NCBI GenBank assembly: GCA_027923505.1
Contig: BROI01000002.1
Location: 2,480,001 to 2,544,000 of the forward strand
Source: Mayamaea pseudoterrestris
Taxonomy: Eukaryota
Length of the DNA: 64,000 bases
Reading direction: 5' to 3'
This document shows positions 23,101 through 35,288 of this stretch, in pieces (position 1 is the stretch's first letter; each line of letters starts with the position of its first letter). Both the position numbers and the translations under genes were made by a program. The notes below the pieces were generated by a model. The model made no database searches. It was given only the letters and a program-made list of their open reading frames with translations, and was not told the origin of the DNA.

Positions 23101-23651
23101 CGGGCGAGGCGCCACTTCACAGTGTCGAAGGAGCAGAGGTATCCTTACGTGACTTTGAAAGTCTTCCGCTGGAAATGCAATTACAGCTTGCTAACAATGA
23201 TGTTTGTAGCATTGGCGTCGCCTCGAATGCTCGTAAACGCTTGAAATTTGCTGCCACGGGCCTACTCAACACGAGGCGCGGCACTCCTTCCCCGCGGTCT
23301 CCATGTGATAACGATGCCATAGACGAAGTAAATTATTGTGCAAAACCTCTATTTGAGAACGTTGACCAGGAATTATTCTTTCGAGAAGATCTACTACCAC
23401 TGAATGAATTCCTCGACGAGCATTCGCCCGATGTGGACTCCATTCAAAGCGTACGAGATTTCTTTGGTAAGATTATTTCCGAAGGCCGGCTGCGCGACGC
23501 GTCGGTGCTTTTGCGAAGCGTGCATAATCGTGGGGATGATTGGAGCAGCAGCAGCACATTTGACGATATCTTTGGCGAGGCTGATGGCCAAATTTTCGTG
23601 GAATTCAGAAAGAGGCTCGACAAGGCATGGTTATGCGCTGCCTACCGGTGA
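20107..23651 (+). CDS. REV1: Translesion DNA polymerase REV1 (BRCT + Y-family + UBM-like + C-terminal domain); introns 22192-22262 and 22405-22473
   Basis: YMARKI, BRCT (VNGYTNP...THIIAENL...PAWIVDSV), FFSSSRLSFI, HVDMDSFF, SCDEAF, RKSIGAE|CNYGIRF, KFLGHG.C, VRGLGI. Confidence 0.96.
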
Positions 23652-23792
23652 TAGATTAAATATACTGCCAATCACAATGCTATTGCTATTTACTTTAGAC
23701 CTCTTCGCTCGAAATCGCGATAGTATCCGAATGCCCTGTATTATCATAGCAGCCAAACTAACGTTTCCCCCATAGGCAAGGGTCTAGTTGCC

Positions 23793-25209
23793 CTACAAAA
23801 AGTAGTCTGGCGTCCGTGGACTTTTGTGCCAATTTTCGTCTCGTGGAGCAGGGTCGAACTGAGAGCTGTGCGCGCAAATAACAGGCAAATCAGTATCATG
23901 AGCAAATATACGCCAAAACGTTGGCCAGCGCATGTCGACGAAATCGGACAGACTTACAATTTGCAATGTTCATAAACAGTATCTTTTGTCGTCGTGTCCA
24001 CGGTGTCATCTACCTCCATAATCGCAGCTTGGTTGCCACAACGGTAGCAATAATTGGGAGCACTGAAAACGGTTACGACAGAGCGATTGTGCTGCCACTG
24101 GTAGCCTTCCATGACAAGCTGATGAGCTCGCGCAATAAAATGAAGTTCGTTCATATGCGTAAACTGCTCTGTTATGTCTTGTCCAAAGGTGTATCCGGCA
24201 CCTCGAGGCGAAATGCCCCAACCAGAACGATCGTCGGGGTCAGACCTGGTGTGTAGCGATTAAACAAATAGAGTTATCAGCCGCGTACCAGCGGTGTTAA
24301 TGTCCAACTCGCTAACACACAAGCGAATCTTACCAGACCAAGTCGCACAGAGGTCCTTCGTGGGGAATTTCCTGAGCACGATCAAGATCCCGCGCATTAT
24401 CGAGTGAATCAATCGACGGTGAAAGTCCCCCATGCAAACAAAAGATGCGATCCGCGACAACAGCTGTCATGGGAAGGTAGTCAAACGTATCGGTAAAATG
24501 TTTCCAGACATTAGCATTTCCATACTTTCTCAAGCATTCGTCGTAAAATCCGTACACTTGTGTGATCTGGCGACTCTCGTGGTTTCCGCGGAGAATGGTG
24601 ATGCGGTTGCGGTATCGCACTTTAAGCGCCACCAGCAGCGTTACCGTCTCCAGCGAGTAATAACCTCTATCAACATAATCGCCCATGAAGAGAAAATTGG
24701 TCGCTGGCACCCTGAGTAGTTAGAGATGGAAAGATAAGTAACAGGCCATACACCAACGTCCGTCGGCACTCGGCATGCAAACTTACTCGCCGCCAATACG
24801 AAATAGCTCCGCCAAATCATAAAACTGGCCATGAATGTCTCCACAAACGGTCACAGGCGCGCTCACAGGTTGCACATTCGACTCTTCTCGCAATATTTCT
24901 TTTGCCTGAGTAGTGAATTGAGAACAAAACGCATGAATGAGCAACGATATCCAAAAGTAACGTAATCTTTCTTGTGGCTCATACATGAACCTGCACAAAA
25001 CAGCATAGATACAGTAGCAGACTTGTTCACATTTTTTGGATTGTCTAGCAAAGCTCTTTTTGTTAAACAATCCATAATGTTCCACGAATTCCAATATGCG
25101 CGACGCTCTTTACCTTCTCGCACAGAGCCTTGACTTCGTTTTCAGTGAGTGTATCGCCAACTCTCAACCTCTCAATTTTCTCGTCCAGCGTCGCACTATC
25201 GAGCACCAT
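23793..25209 (-). CDS. PPP2CA: Serine/threonine protein phosphatase 2A catalytic subunit (multi-exon)
   Basis: [61 protein letters not shown] and C-terminal TPDYFL*. Confidence 0.93.
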
Positions 25210-25739
25210 CTCTGTCAAGGATCGAACGGGAAAGACAGAGAGTAGAGTATGTAATGGTTGAGCTCTGTTGCTGTCTCGATCTGGATCGTTTGGCTGCAGT
25301 TGCGTTTCGTCTCCCACGCATGCATTTGGCGCGAAGATTCGAAAACCTATGCGATGTATCAGTACGGATAGGCGACGCGCGACATACACGATACTGTACT
25401 CGACAGTATTAGTAAAATACAGTAGTGTAACAACTCATAATTGCATAGTCTATGAACATACAATGCAGGCGTCATTCAACACGCTAGTAGAAGGAAAGGA
25501 GAGTGCATCTATTTTTAACTCACAACAATTGTAAAACAGCAAGGCTGCTTGGCAAGCTGAGGGCGCTAGCTGCCCGTCGCTTTGTCCTGGCAAAAGATGC
25601 TGAATGATTCAAGGTGTTGGATTGGAATTGTTGGGTGACTGCTCAAATTCAAGTTGTAGACTCTGAAACGGTATTGCCTTGGTTCGCGGCTTCTGTATGG
25701 TCATCATTTGAATTGAGGAACTACAGATTGTGTTTGTGC

Positions 25740-27341
25740 TCAATAACATACGAATGAAACAAGCCATCGGCTTAATTTTTTGTTCAAAGGCTGTTCATGA
25801 TGGGCACAACATCGAAGGCGCGCTTTCGCAAGTAGGTCATCGCTTGGGAGCACGTCGTCAAGGGTTTGGTCGTCGCGGCAGGGAACAAAGCATGCCAACA
25901 TACCGCCGGTCTTTAGCATTGGCATTCCCTTATCACGATCATTGATGATGCACTCAAGTAGACATGCTAATGGGTCCATTTCGAGAGTCGACTCTCGGAT
26001 GCCATAAGGAGGATCCGAAATGATACAGTCGAACGGACCACCTCCAATCACCTTCCGCGCCGCTACACGAACTGACTCATCCGTGCAATCTCCCAGCAAT
26101 AAACCTAGCGGCTCTGATAATTGGCGAATTCGGAAGTCCTGACGAATGTCATCTCGATTTACCAAGCCGTCATGTGCAATTTCAATGCCCACGGAGTGAC
26201 ACGTTGGTTCAATCATAGCTGACGCAAGCAATATGGTTCCTGAACCAGCGTAGGGATCAAGAATTGTAGCATTTTGGCGCAAACAAGCAGCGTTGCACAG
26301 AAGATAAGCAGCCGTCGGAACAAGAGGCGTGTTGGTGACGCAGATGCGCGTGTTGGGATCGATCGAAGCTATCTGCGGCCCATTCGCAAGTCGCCTGGTT
26401 AGCACCATTCGATCACTGTTGTGAAACATTCCGTCAAATATATAAATCTTTACATCCGGTCGCTTTAAATCAACTTTGCCGCCAAACTGGATCAAAAGAG
26501 GCTTCAAAGCGAGACATACTTCTTTTTCCTTTGTGACAGACCGAGTTCGTCCCCCATATCGCAACAGATCTTGTTTGGAGCCCGAAGATTCCCCAAAGTG
26601 TCGAACACGCACGCACCAACTAGCGTCACTGTGATCCATTCCCCGCTTCAAATCGTCAAAGCCATCACTTAGCAAAGCCACGTCCGCAAGTGAGTCGAAT
26701 GCATAGCTTTCGGCGACAACTTCGTACAAAGCATGCGCGAGAGAGCATCGTTCAACAGCTCGAATGTAGGCTCCCCTAGCATATATGGGAGATTTAACAT
26801 ACTGAATGGCGTGATTAAATGACTCAACATTCTTTTGCGGCTTGTTGGCAAGGTTGACGCCGCCATAGTTAAGCGCATTCGTCACGTCAAGGATGACTTC
26901 GCCAAACGGAATACACAGCACACCAGCCAAAGCCCCTTTCAATTCAGTTAAGCGATAGTCAGAGCCGAAGCTGTCTCCATCGTCGCCCCTGCCAAAAAAG
27001 AGTAAAAATTTGTGCAGTATCATTGCAGTTAATAATCATCTGGTGGTCCAAGTCGGTTGGCATGGGCGTAACTCATGTCCATCCCAGCAATCACACGACG
27101 CGATATGTACTCACTTCCAATGTATCAGGAGTGGTTTGGGAATCTTGTCAGCTCTGGCGGTGATCATCTTATTTGTTGCTGCAGGAGCTGATGTCGAGGA
27201 AATAGCAGATTGGCGTCGTTTCTTCGTCATGCCCGAAGCGGATAGTGGGCTAAAGCTTGAAACACACTGGCGATGGAAAAGAAGTATGGTTTTCAAAGCC
27301 AACAGTGACAACGATAACACCTTGATCTTTCGCGGCGACAT
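25740..27341 (-). CDS. TRM11/UPF0020-type tRNA guanine-N2 methyltransferase with N-terminal targeting peptide; intron 26989-27114
   Basis: ILDPYAGSGTIL, FDCIISDPPYGIRE, LSRWL. Splicing TGGAA|GGGCGAC joins ORF 27111-27341 in frame (HWKGDDG). Confidence 0.82.
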
Positions 27342-27739
27342 GCTCGATACCCGATGAACGGGATCAAGAGTATGACTGTCAAAAGGAGCGACGATCGGCC
27401 TATTATGGTTTGGATCCGTCGAAAATTGTTTGAGTACCCATACGACTTTTGAAAAGCAGAAACGTTACCTAACTGTAAGCAATGAGTTAGGACGGCACAG
27501 GTACGGTATGATATACTGTACTGCGATCATGCATCTTTACAGCTACTAGAGCGATGCATATGGTACGAGCAGAGCAACAGTTTTAATGTATGAATGCTAG
27601 ACAGAGGCCAGGCTGCATCCGACGCAACACCTTCACGACGTATGCACCGCTTGCCAGGCAAGTAAAACAGCAAGGCAAGCATCCAACACGTACTCAACCG
27701 CATTATGAATGTATATATGATATAGAAGAACCTGCGTTG

Positions 27740-28120
27740 CTACTTTGCTGTGTGCGAGGCTTCTGGGTGCTCGCCGAGCCACTTGGCACTGTAGTCAATT
27801 TTGACCCTTTCATCAATGGCTCGAGCCAGCGCAAGATCATTCTCCGTAATTCCGTTAAGTTTGTGCGTGTAAATGACAACTTCAACGTGTCTGTAGTTTG
27901 TGAGATGAAAGTCGGGATGATGGTTCGCTTCTTCTGCAATTGCTCCCATGGCATTGATGCAGTCGAGTGCTGCTTGGAAGTTTCTGGCGATAAATGAGCG
28001 TGCAATGGTCAGCACATTATTATTGTTATCTGTCCTAGCTGTCCACAGTGGACTCGATTCCAGTATCCTTTCTTGTACGTGTGCGGTGGAAAGCAGAAAT
28101 GACCTATCAATTGATTCCAT
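27740..28120 (-). CDS. Pterin-4-alpha-carbinolamine dehydratase
   Basis: F..ALDCINAMGAIAEEANHHPDF...YTHKLNGITENDLALA..ID. Confidence 0.93.
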   Translation of the reverse strand: MESIDRSFLLSTAHVQERILESSPLWTARTDNNNNVLTIARSFIARNFQAALDCINAMGAIAEEANHHPDFHLTNYRHVEVVIYTHKLNGITENDLALARAIDERVKIDYSAKWLGEHPEASHTAK

Positions 28121-28433
28121 TTTAACAAATGAATTAAGTGCTGACAGTCATACAAGATGTTAGTTGCTGATGCTTTAGGACGCACTAAAAAGTATAGCAA
28201 TCGCAACGTCTGGGTAAGGGAAGAGGGAAGAGACGTCGCAGCAGAGAATCCATGAGTCGCATGGTCGCGGCGTCGCGAAAGTGTGAAAAGTGCGGGAAAA
28301 AGAAGCATGTAATCATGAAAACTCAATTGTGACGCAAATTCTTAATCCAAGTTCCGCCGCGCCTTTCGACTTCCAGCTCACGACAGCTCATTCATCACAC
28401 ACATGTGCAAGGACCTGCTTCTACCAGAAGGAC

Positions 28434-29636
28434 ATGGTAATGGGTTTTATCGCAGCAATTAATGCAGTCAACTCAACCTGTGTTGCGAAGGAAAAGGATT
28501 GCGATGGTCGCTACAACAATAGTGCCCTCTCCGTCCGCGTTGTTTCCGGCTCCATCGGTTCGATCATTACCGCACTTGTCGTGACTCCACTCGAGGTAGT
28601 CAAGGTGCGCCTGCAGGCCACTGTCACAGACGCAACTCGTTCGCGACATGTAGTTCGGTGCTCACAAGGATGTGGTACTTTTGTACTGACAAACTTTGCC
28701 GGTCAGACGCAGCTGCTACCAAGGAGCCAGCTACCTTTCTTTGACCATCGCTCTGGAAGTTTGACGGAGCGCGCCAAGCGAGCCTGCGATGGGTCCGACG
28801 GCGTCATCAAGACACTCCGGCGCATCTACAGGGCGGAAGGACTTTCTGGAATTTATGCTGGACTCAGACCGACTCTTGTTATGGCTGTCCCAAACACGGT
28901 CATTTACTTTACGTCATACGAAAGTATTTCATGTCGGTTGCACGACCTTGAATTATCGCATTCAGTAGCACCGACTTGGTATCCGACAGGTTCGGCCATT
29001 CCCATTTTAGCTGGTGGCTCTGCTCGTATGCTAGCGTCCTCAGTGACTGCTCCCTTTGAATATATGCGAACGCGGCAAGCCTTGATGGAAGGGACAAATC
29101 AGCCACACCAAGGACTTTGGAAAGACATGACAAAAGTTGTCCGTGACGAAGGATTTGGAGGACTATACAAAGGATTTCGACCCACTCTATGGAGAGATGT
29201 GCCATTTTCGGCCATATACTGGCTTTGCTTGGAGCGCTTGAGAGACGTTTGGAAGGACAAGGGTTATAGGCGGCCAACAACTTTGGAGCAGGCGATGCAA
29301 GCTTTTGTAAATGGTTTCGTATCAGGTGTCATTGCGGCCGCCTGTACGACGCCGTTTGATGTCATCAAATCACGGCAGCAACAAGAAGTTACTGAAATAT
29401 TCAACGAGGGCGTGTCAGAGTCGGCCGCTTTACTGTGCAAGCATGATGGAGCGATCGCCATTAGCAGCACTACCTATCCGCGCTCAGCTGGGATGTTTGC
29501 TCAACTTCGACACATCGCGCTTACTGAAGGAGCGGCTGGATTGTGGCGAGGGAACTGGACCAGGATGCTGAAAGTGGCGCCGTCATGTGCTCTTATGATT
29601 ACGTCTTACGAAGTCGGTAAACGTTTATTAGAATAG
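28434..29636 (+). CDS. Mitochondrial carrier, SLC25A39/40 (Mtm1)-like
   Basis: PLEVVKVRLQ, PTLVMAVPNTVIYFTSY, PFEYMRTR, RDVPFSAIYW, TPFDVIKSR, KVAPSCALMITSYE. Confidence 0.92.
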   Translation: MVMGFIAAINAVNSTCVAKEKDCDGRYNNSALSVRVVSGSIGSIITALVVTPLEVVKVRLQATVTDATRSRHVVRCSQGCGTFVLTNFAGQTQLLPRSQLPFFDHRSGSLTERAKRACDGSDGVIKTLRRIYRAEGLSGIYAGLRPTLVMAVPNTVIYFTSYESISCRLHDLELSHSVAPTWYPTGSAIPILAGGSARMLASSVTAPFEYMRTRQALMEGTNQPHQGLWKDMTKVVRDEGFGGLYKGFRPTLWRDVPFSAIYWLCLERLRDVWKDKGYRRPTTLEQAMQAFVNGFVSGVIAAACTTPFDVIKSRQQQEVTEIFNEGVSESAALLCKHDGAIAISSTTYPRSAGMFAQLRHIALTEGAAGLWRGNWTRMLKVAPSCALMITSYEVGKRLLE

Positions 29637-29677
29637 ACATTTAATTGTGTTAAACTAAGAGGTGTCGTCTAGACTCT

Positions 29678-31093
29678 TTAAATCATCATTGTTCGCAATG
29701 CTTTGGATCGCTCGAACAAAGATGTAACTACCATGTCCATGTTGGCGATAACTTCAAGACCCTTCTCCATGGCCTTGTCTTTCTCGCCTTCCTCAAATAC
29801 AATCAACTGACCTTTGCCCTGGTCTAAAATTCCACAAAACTTTCCGTCCAACACCATTTGCGAAAGCTTGCGCTCAACTACCTCCAAGGGCATTTCAATA
29901 AGTTTGGCAACGTGATGCAGTTCGACACAAGAATACGGCTCAATGATGCGAATCAAGTTTGATTCAAGCAACTGCTCCTGCAGAATATTCAAGTGATGGT
30001 TGATAAGAATGTCCTGCTGCAACTCAACTTTAAACTCCTGCAAGACTGCCTGAAAATCCTTCAAGTTGCGGTTCGACGCCGTCTTGGCGATCGCCGACAT
30101 GGCTTCAATGTCGCGACCGGCGTACTTGACTCCTTGTCTAGCCGTCAACATGCCCGACACGTCTACGACAGAAGACTTGCTGTTGTCAGTTCCGGCTCCA
30201 GTAACTCCTTCACTGGACAGCTTTAAAGCCACCCGCAACGAATGGAGAACCTTGCAAAGCATCATGTACTTGAGCGCAACCACAGCTTCCTCGGTCGCGT
30301 TCATTTGGTCCAACTGTTCAAACGCCTCCAAAAAGTAACTATGCGCCGTATTGTAGTCTCCTTCCTCACAATGCGTGGTTCCGCTCATGGAATCAATCTC
30401 CGCCTGCAGCGTTGGACTGACGTAAATGGCATTGGCCGCCGTCCGACTGGCCGTGAGCGCCGCCTTGCTTTTGGCAATGTTGCGGAGCGCAAAGTATATC
30501 TTGGACTCGAGCAAGTGCGTCTCAACCAAAAGTTGCTTGTCGTCTAGCTTCTTGAGTTCGTCAAGCAGCTTGTCGCAGATGTTCATGGCTTCAATGTAAT
30601 TTTCTTGCTGAAAGAGAATCTTGGCGAGTCGAGCTTCCACACGTTGACGGAGAAATGAACGCTTTGCCTCAACAGTCCAATTCAAAATGGATCTAGCGAC
30701 CGACTCCTGCATGATGAGCTGCGACGGAGCCGCAGTGCATACGATATCGAGAACATGACGAACGACCTTGGCCGTCTTGGCATTGGTGATTTGGCTGAGA
30801 AATGTGCGAGCCGTTTCACCAGTCAGAAAGATGACAACCTGCTCGTACTGCTCCGCATCACAGTAAGCTCTAGTCAAATCGTAAATGGTCCGTTCCTTGA
30901 TTGGGACAATTCGCGCTGATGATGACTCTTCCTGGAGGATCTTGAGCAGCAAAGGAACTTGGTCGGCGCTCTTCTTGGTGAGGGCGATTTGAAGCGCGTC
31001 TTCAAGTTGCTCGGCCAGCGCCTGATCCGCAGCGTCTTGCTCCTCGTCGATGATTTCAAAGGTAGGTTCGTCAATCTCCATCTCGTCAGCCAT
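29678..31093 (-). CDS. RPN6: 26S proteasome lid subunit RPN6/PSMD11
   Basis: AKTAKVVR, LKKLDDKQLLVE, KSKAALTASRTAANAIY, TAHSYFLEAFE, NLIRIIEPYS, ERKLSQMVLD..F.GILDQG. Confidence 0.96.
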   Translation of the reverse strand: MADEMEIDEPTFEIIDEEQDAADQALAEQLEDALQIALTKKSADQVPLLLKILQEESSSARIVPIKERTIYDLTRAYCDAEQYEQVVIFLTGETARTFLSQITNAKTAKVVRHVLDIVCTAAPSQLIMQESVARSILNWTVEAKRSFLRQRVEARLAKILFQQENYIEAMNICDKLLDELKKLDDKQLLVETHLLESKIYFALRNIAKSKAALTASRTAANAIYVSPTLQAEIDSMSGTTHCEEGDYNTAHSYFLEAFEQLDQMNATEEAVVALKYMMLCKVLHSLRVALKLSSEGVTGAGTDNSKSSVVDVSGMLTARQGVKYAGRDIEAMSAIAKTASNRNLKDFQAVLQEFKVELQQDILINHHLNILQEQLLESNLIRIIEPYSCVELHHVAKLIEMPLEVVERKLSQMVLDGKFCGILDQGKGQLIVFEEGEKDKAMEKGLEVIANMDMVVTSLFERSKALRTMMI

Positions 31094-31338
31094 GATAGCA
31101 GTGCTGCTTGTCGTTTATATTGAACTTTGGTAGCACAGAAACTCGCGGTGCAAATGATCTTCATGGTGATCGCTTCGATCGTCAACGATCCTCGCGGATC
31201 CTTCTCCATGTCGTAACGGTTTTACTCAATTTGCGCTGCGACATTTCAATGCTCATCACAACATCTCCGCGACTTTCACCATGGCGCTTCTTCACAATCA
31301 ACTCTATCCACTCGCATTATAAAGCTGTTAAAATCATC

Positions 31339-32488
31339 ATGGCGCTGCAATCAACTCTCTCCACGCGCATAACAAAGCTGCTGAAATGCGACTATCCAAT
31401 TATACTTCCGGGAATGAGCTGGATATCAACGCCTCCTCTTGTGACGGCAGTTTCCAATGCAGGTAAGAGCGACTGACAGTAGATGAAAGATGCAAGGTCT
31501 TGTCTCCTTATCGCTTGCATCGTTGACTTAAAGGCGTAACTTCTCCCATTCTTCGCAGGCGGCTGTGGGATACTAGCAACAGGACCTTTAAACGCCGAAC
31601 AGACACGCGAAAGCATTCGGCAGATTCGACAATCGACAGACAAGCCCTTTGGAATTGGGGCCACCCTCCTCATGCCAGGTGCCAAGGAGAATGCACGAGT
31701 CGCATTAGAGGAGCAAGTTCCACTCATTAACGTGTCTTTAGGCAAGGCTGACTGGATCGCTCAAGCGGCGCACGAGTATGGAGGCATTGTCCTAGCGACT
31801 GTGACCAATGCCAAGCACGCCGAAGCTGCGATACAAGCTGGAGCCGATGCTCTCATGGTGACAGGCCATGAAGCGGCGGCGCATGGAGGAGATGTCACGT
31901 CCTTGGTCTTGGTGCCTTGTCTGGCGGAGCGATTTCCAGACACCCATTGTCGCGGCAGGTGGGTTTGCGAATGGACGAGGGCTGGCGGCTGCCTTGGTTT
32001 TAGGCGCGGATGCAATTGCCATGGGATCTCGTTTGGCAGTCTCGTTGGAAAGTCCGTTGCCGATGAATGTCAAGGAATACATCAGGCAATCGAGTGAGGC
32101 GGATACAATTTATGGTAGCAACTTTGACGGCATACCAGCCAGAGTTTTGAAAACGGCTGCCTCCCAGCAATTAATGAAGAAGCGCCCAAACATGCCAACC
32201 ATCTTTTACCGCGCTCTGCAGGCGGCACAGAGTATGGGCATGCCTCTTTGGAAGGTATTGCCTGGTCTTTTGACTCAGTTTGACAAAATGTTCGTGGTGA
32301 GTCAATTTGGTGCCGCCACCAAGAGCATCATGGCAGCGACCGTCGACGGCGATTTGGAAGAGGGAGTGCAATTTGTTGGGCAGTCGCAAGGCATGATCAA
32401 AGACATTGCTAGCGTGGAGGACATTATGCAAAGGATCGTGGCTGACGCACGATCAATCACATTGGAGAAGGCGCAAAAAATAGCATAG
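31339..32488 (+). CDS. Nitronate monooxygenase / 2-nitropropane dioxygenase (FabK-like FMN enzyme); intron 31463-31558; frameshift near 31940
   Basis: YPIILPGMSWIS...AVSNAG|GCGIL...DKPFGIG; GHEAAAHGG; PIVAAGGFANGRGLAAALVLGA..IAMGSR; GQSQGMI. Confidence 0.85.
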
Positions 32489-32832
32489 CTACAAATGGCC
32501 TAGCAATTTAGATCGTGAGACTACGTAACTCTCAAGTTACTCCTGATTGCTTGCATTACCTCATTTGTGCATACTTTACAGTATATTCTGTAAACTGTTA
32601 GTCCGCCTTTGTGCTCTTACGGCGCTACGTAGCTGTCATTCATAAGCCGAACTCGGAACGTTCGGATCGGCCAAGTTGAAGTGTCAAGCATGCCGCGGCG
32701 TTATTCGTGAAACTGTGGCCATCAGTGGCCAGTGATGTGCGTCCTTCCGCTTTGTCACACCTGTTGCAAGATGCAACGCTGCACCGTTGGAGAGGCACCA
32801 TCCACACACAGCCGTAATCGGAAAACGCAATC

Positions 32833-33894
32833 ATGCCTGGAATCTCTCTCCCGCGCCTCCGCTCGCCATTTCGGAACCGACGCCGCTTCGTTGCGAATGG
32901 AAGCGGCAGCAGTCGGACAGCAGCATCATTTGCAACGACAGCAACACTCCCTTTGCATGTCGAGGAAGCCGAACAAGACACTAGTGAATCGTCGAGCAGT
33001 GGAGCTGTGGATGGTGTTAATATCGAGCAGCTGCGATCAGCTCTTTGTGCCTTTCTCGGTATCGAAGAAGGGCGCGAAAACTCGGCGTTTCTGAATCGCT
33101 ACATAGAAACCTTCTGCGCCGCCTCTGCCATTATGGGCGAGACTCATACGCTGGGTAATATTCTTGGCCAATCGGAGGATGAGTTTCTCAATACCTTGGA
33201 GATTTGTCGTTTCATAAGCGAACAGTTCGAAATGGAGATGAGCAACGTGCACTTACAAGTGCCACCAGACGCCTTGACCGTGCCTGACACGACCAACATT
33301 CCTCCAGCTCGGGATTCCGCTATTGCCAACTTGCCTCATGAACGAATTCTCCCCGCCGATCGACTAAATTTCCAACATGACAAGACTTGCTGTCCAATTT
33401 GTTTCGAGTCGTTAATTGACGGCGTTGTGCTTACAAGGCGTACGTACTTTGCCTAAAGTTGCTTGATTCTTGATGTTGCTTTGTCGCGGAACATATTTAT
33501 GCTCATATCAATCTTTTTTTTACATTTGGTTTGTGCAGTACCATGTGGTCATTTATATCATCAAAACTGCGCCGTCACTTGGTTGTCTCGATCCGGCAGC
33601 TGTCCCGAGTGTCGCTTCGAGTTGCCCACTGCCATGGGAGATGAATATGAGGAGGACCGCAGCGCTCGGATGAAACTACTCAGATACAATGTGGTGCGCT
33701 GCGCCTGTGAACATGCGCGAGTAGGAGTGCATACATGCTTTTTTCGCGACAGGACAAAGTTACTCTGCGAGCAAGTCACCACAAGGGAACGAAGGAAGAA
33801 GCGCAAGCCAAGGAGGAGAAGCAGTAGTCAGACTCGAACACACACTTATAACGACACGATGGATGAATTGGCATGGAGCCGTCACTCGGGGTGA
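32833..33894 (+). CDS. RING-H2 E3 ubiquitin ligase; intron 33440-33538
   Basis: After splicing: PPA..SAIANLP...CPICFE...RLPCGHLYHQNCAVTWL...SCPECRFELPT. Confidence 0.9.
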
Positions 33895-34232
33895 CGATAA
33901 GCAATACTACCGGTAGGTAGTCAGCGCCTACATTATTTTCTCGCGCAGGCGTCAGTGCTCCTGATCGGTCGATGTGCAAACCACTTAAATATCCCTTTCC
34001 GCATCGACATATGATTAGTAATTAGCTTCAATAACTCTCGAACCGGTTGACCTGTCTTATTTGATGTAAGCGATAGCGGTCAAGATGGAGTCAAAGGTAT
34101 CTTTCAGTTGCGGAACGACATCTTCTGTGTCTGTCGCATGACCAATGACGACAAAAGCAACATCACCCATTGCATCTTTTTCTGTGAACAATGGTACTGT
34201 AACGATATGTTATATATGCAATAGCTATTCAA

Positions 34233-35288
34233 ATGCGTTCCAGAAAGGCAATGCCGTGCTGCCAAGTAACGATTCGTAGCACCGAAGTCTTTCCTCTTCA
34301 TCTCCTGGCTATGCTAGCCATCTTGTCGAGGGCATCTGCCAGTTCCTTCCTAAATTTGAATATTAAAAGTCATGCGCTTTCAGAATTCCTAAATATAAAC
34401 AATCAAACAATGTTCATTCGAGAGAGGCTGCAAGATGCATTTGACAAGGTGCTACACGTTGACTTCTCGGGACGCATTCAAACCCAACTGCTCGGACCTT
34501 CCTCGGTTGTTGCATTTCAACAAGGCCATGAAACTTCTTCAACGGAACCCTTGTTCGAATACAGGAATTCAAAAGTTCCTCTACCGAGAGTGTTTCTAGG
34601 TGTTCACTACGACTTCGCTCGCAGACAGTTTGGTGCCACGAGCGTGGACGCAACGCTACGATGGAAGGTAACCCACACGGAGCACTCCAAGCGTCCGTCG
34701 CACATCGAACTGCAGACTCGACGAGGCATTTTAGATACATCAGACGATAATGTTGCTTGTATTTTGCAGTGGGATATTGCTGATAAATCGCCAATTTTCG
34801 TCAAGGCCGCGCATGCTCCCAGCTTGACAGAGTTGTCGTGTCGGGTTCCATTGCATCGTCGGATCGACTACGAACTCCAACTGCAGTCCACCGCCAACAA
34901 TGCAAATTATTCTCCTCGTGACGGCAATACCTATATTAATAATCAATATTGGTGGCTGCCAAGCATATCGATATGGCCGACGGGGACGATGGAATCAATC
35001 AATTCAGCTGTAGTTCGCAATCTCCTGAAGAATAAACGAGGCGCATCTGATCTAAACATACGGTTCATGGTGCGCCGTCAATTGAATTGGAGCGTTTTCA
35101 CAACGAGCGCATCCGATATAAACGACGGCACCCTGGGAACATCACTGACCATAGAATTGCAGGAGCTTGGAGTAAGTCAGGCGTCGTCGTTGAATATTCG
35201 CCTCAATGTGGATTCGGAGCACCCATTCGATTCTTTTCACATGTCCGTAAAACAACAGATACGAGCTAGTTTGTTTGCCAGCGCATAA
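34233..35288 (+). CDS. Hypothetical protein, beta-strand-rich; start may be 34311
   Basis: 351-aa uninterrupted ORF filling an otherwise empty gap; no family motif recognised. Confidence 0.55.
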   Translation: MRSRKAMPCCQVTIRSTEVFPLHLLAMLAILSRASASSFLNLNIKSHALSEFLNINNQTMFIRERLQDAFDKVLHVDFSGRIQTQLLGPSSVVAFQQGHETSSTEPLFEYRNSKVPLPRVFLGVHYDFARRQFGATSVDATLRWKVTHTEHSKRPSHIELQTRRGILDTSDDNVACILQWDIADKSPIFVKAAHAPSLTELSCRVPLHRRIDYELQLQSTANNANYSPRDGNTYINNQYWWLPSISIWPTGTMESINSAVVRNLLKNKRGASDLNIRFMVRRQLNWSVFTTSASDINDGTLGTSLTIELQELGVSQASSLNIRLNVDSEHPFDSFHMSVKQQIRASLFASA

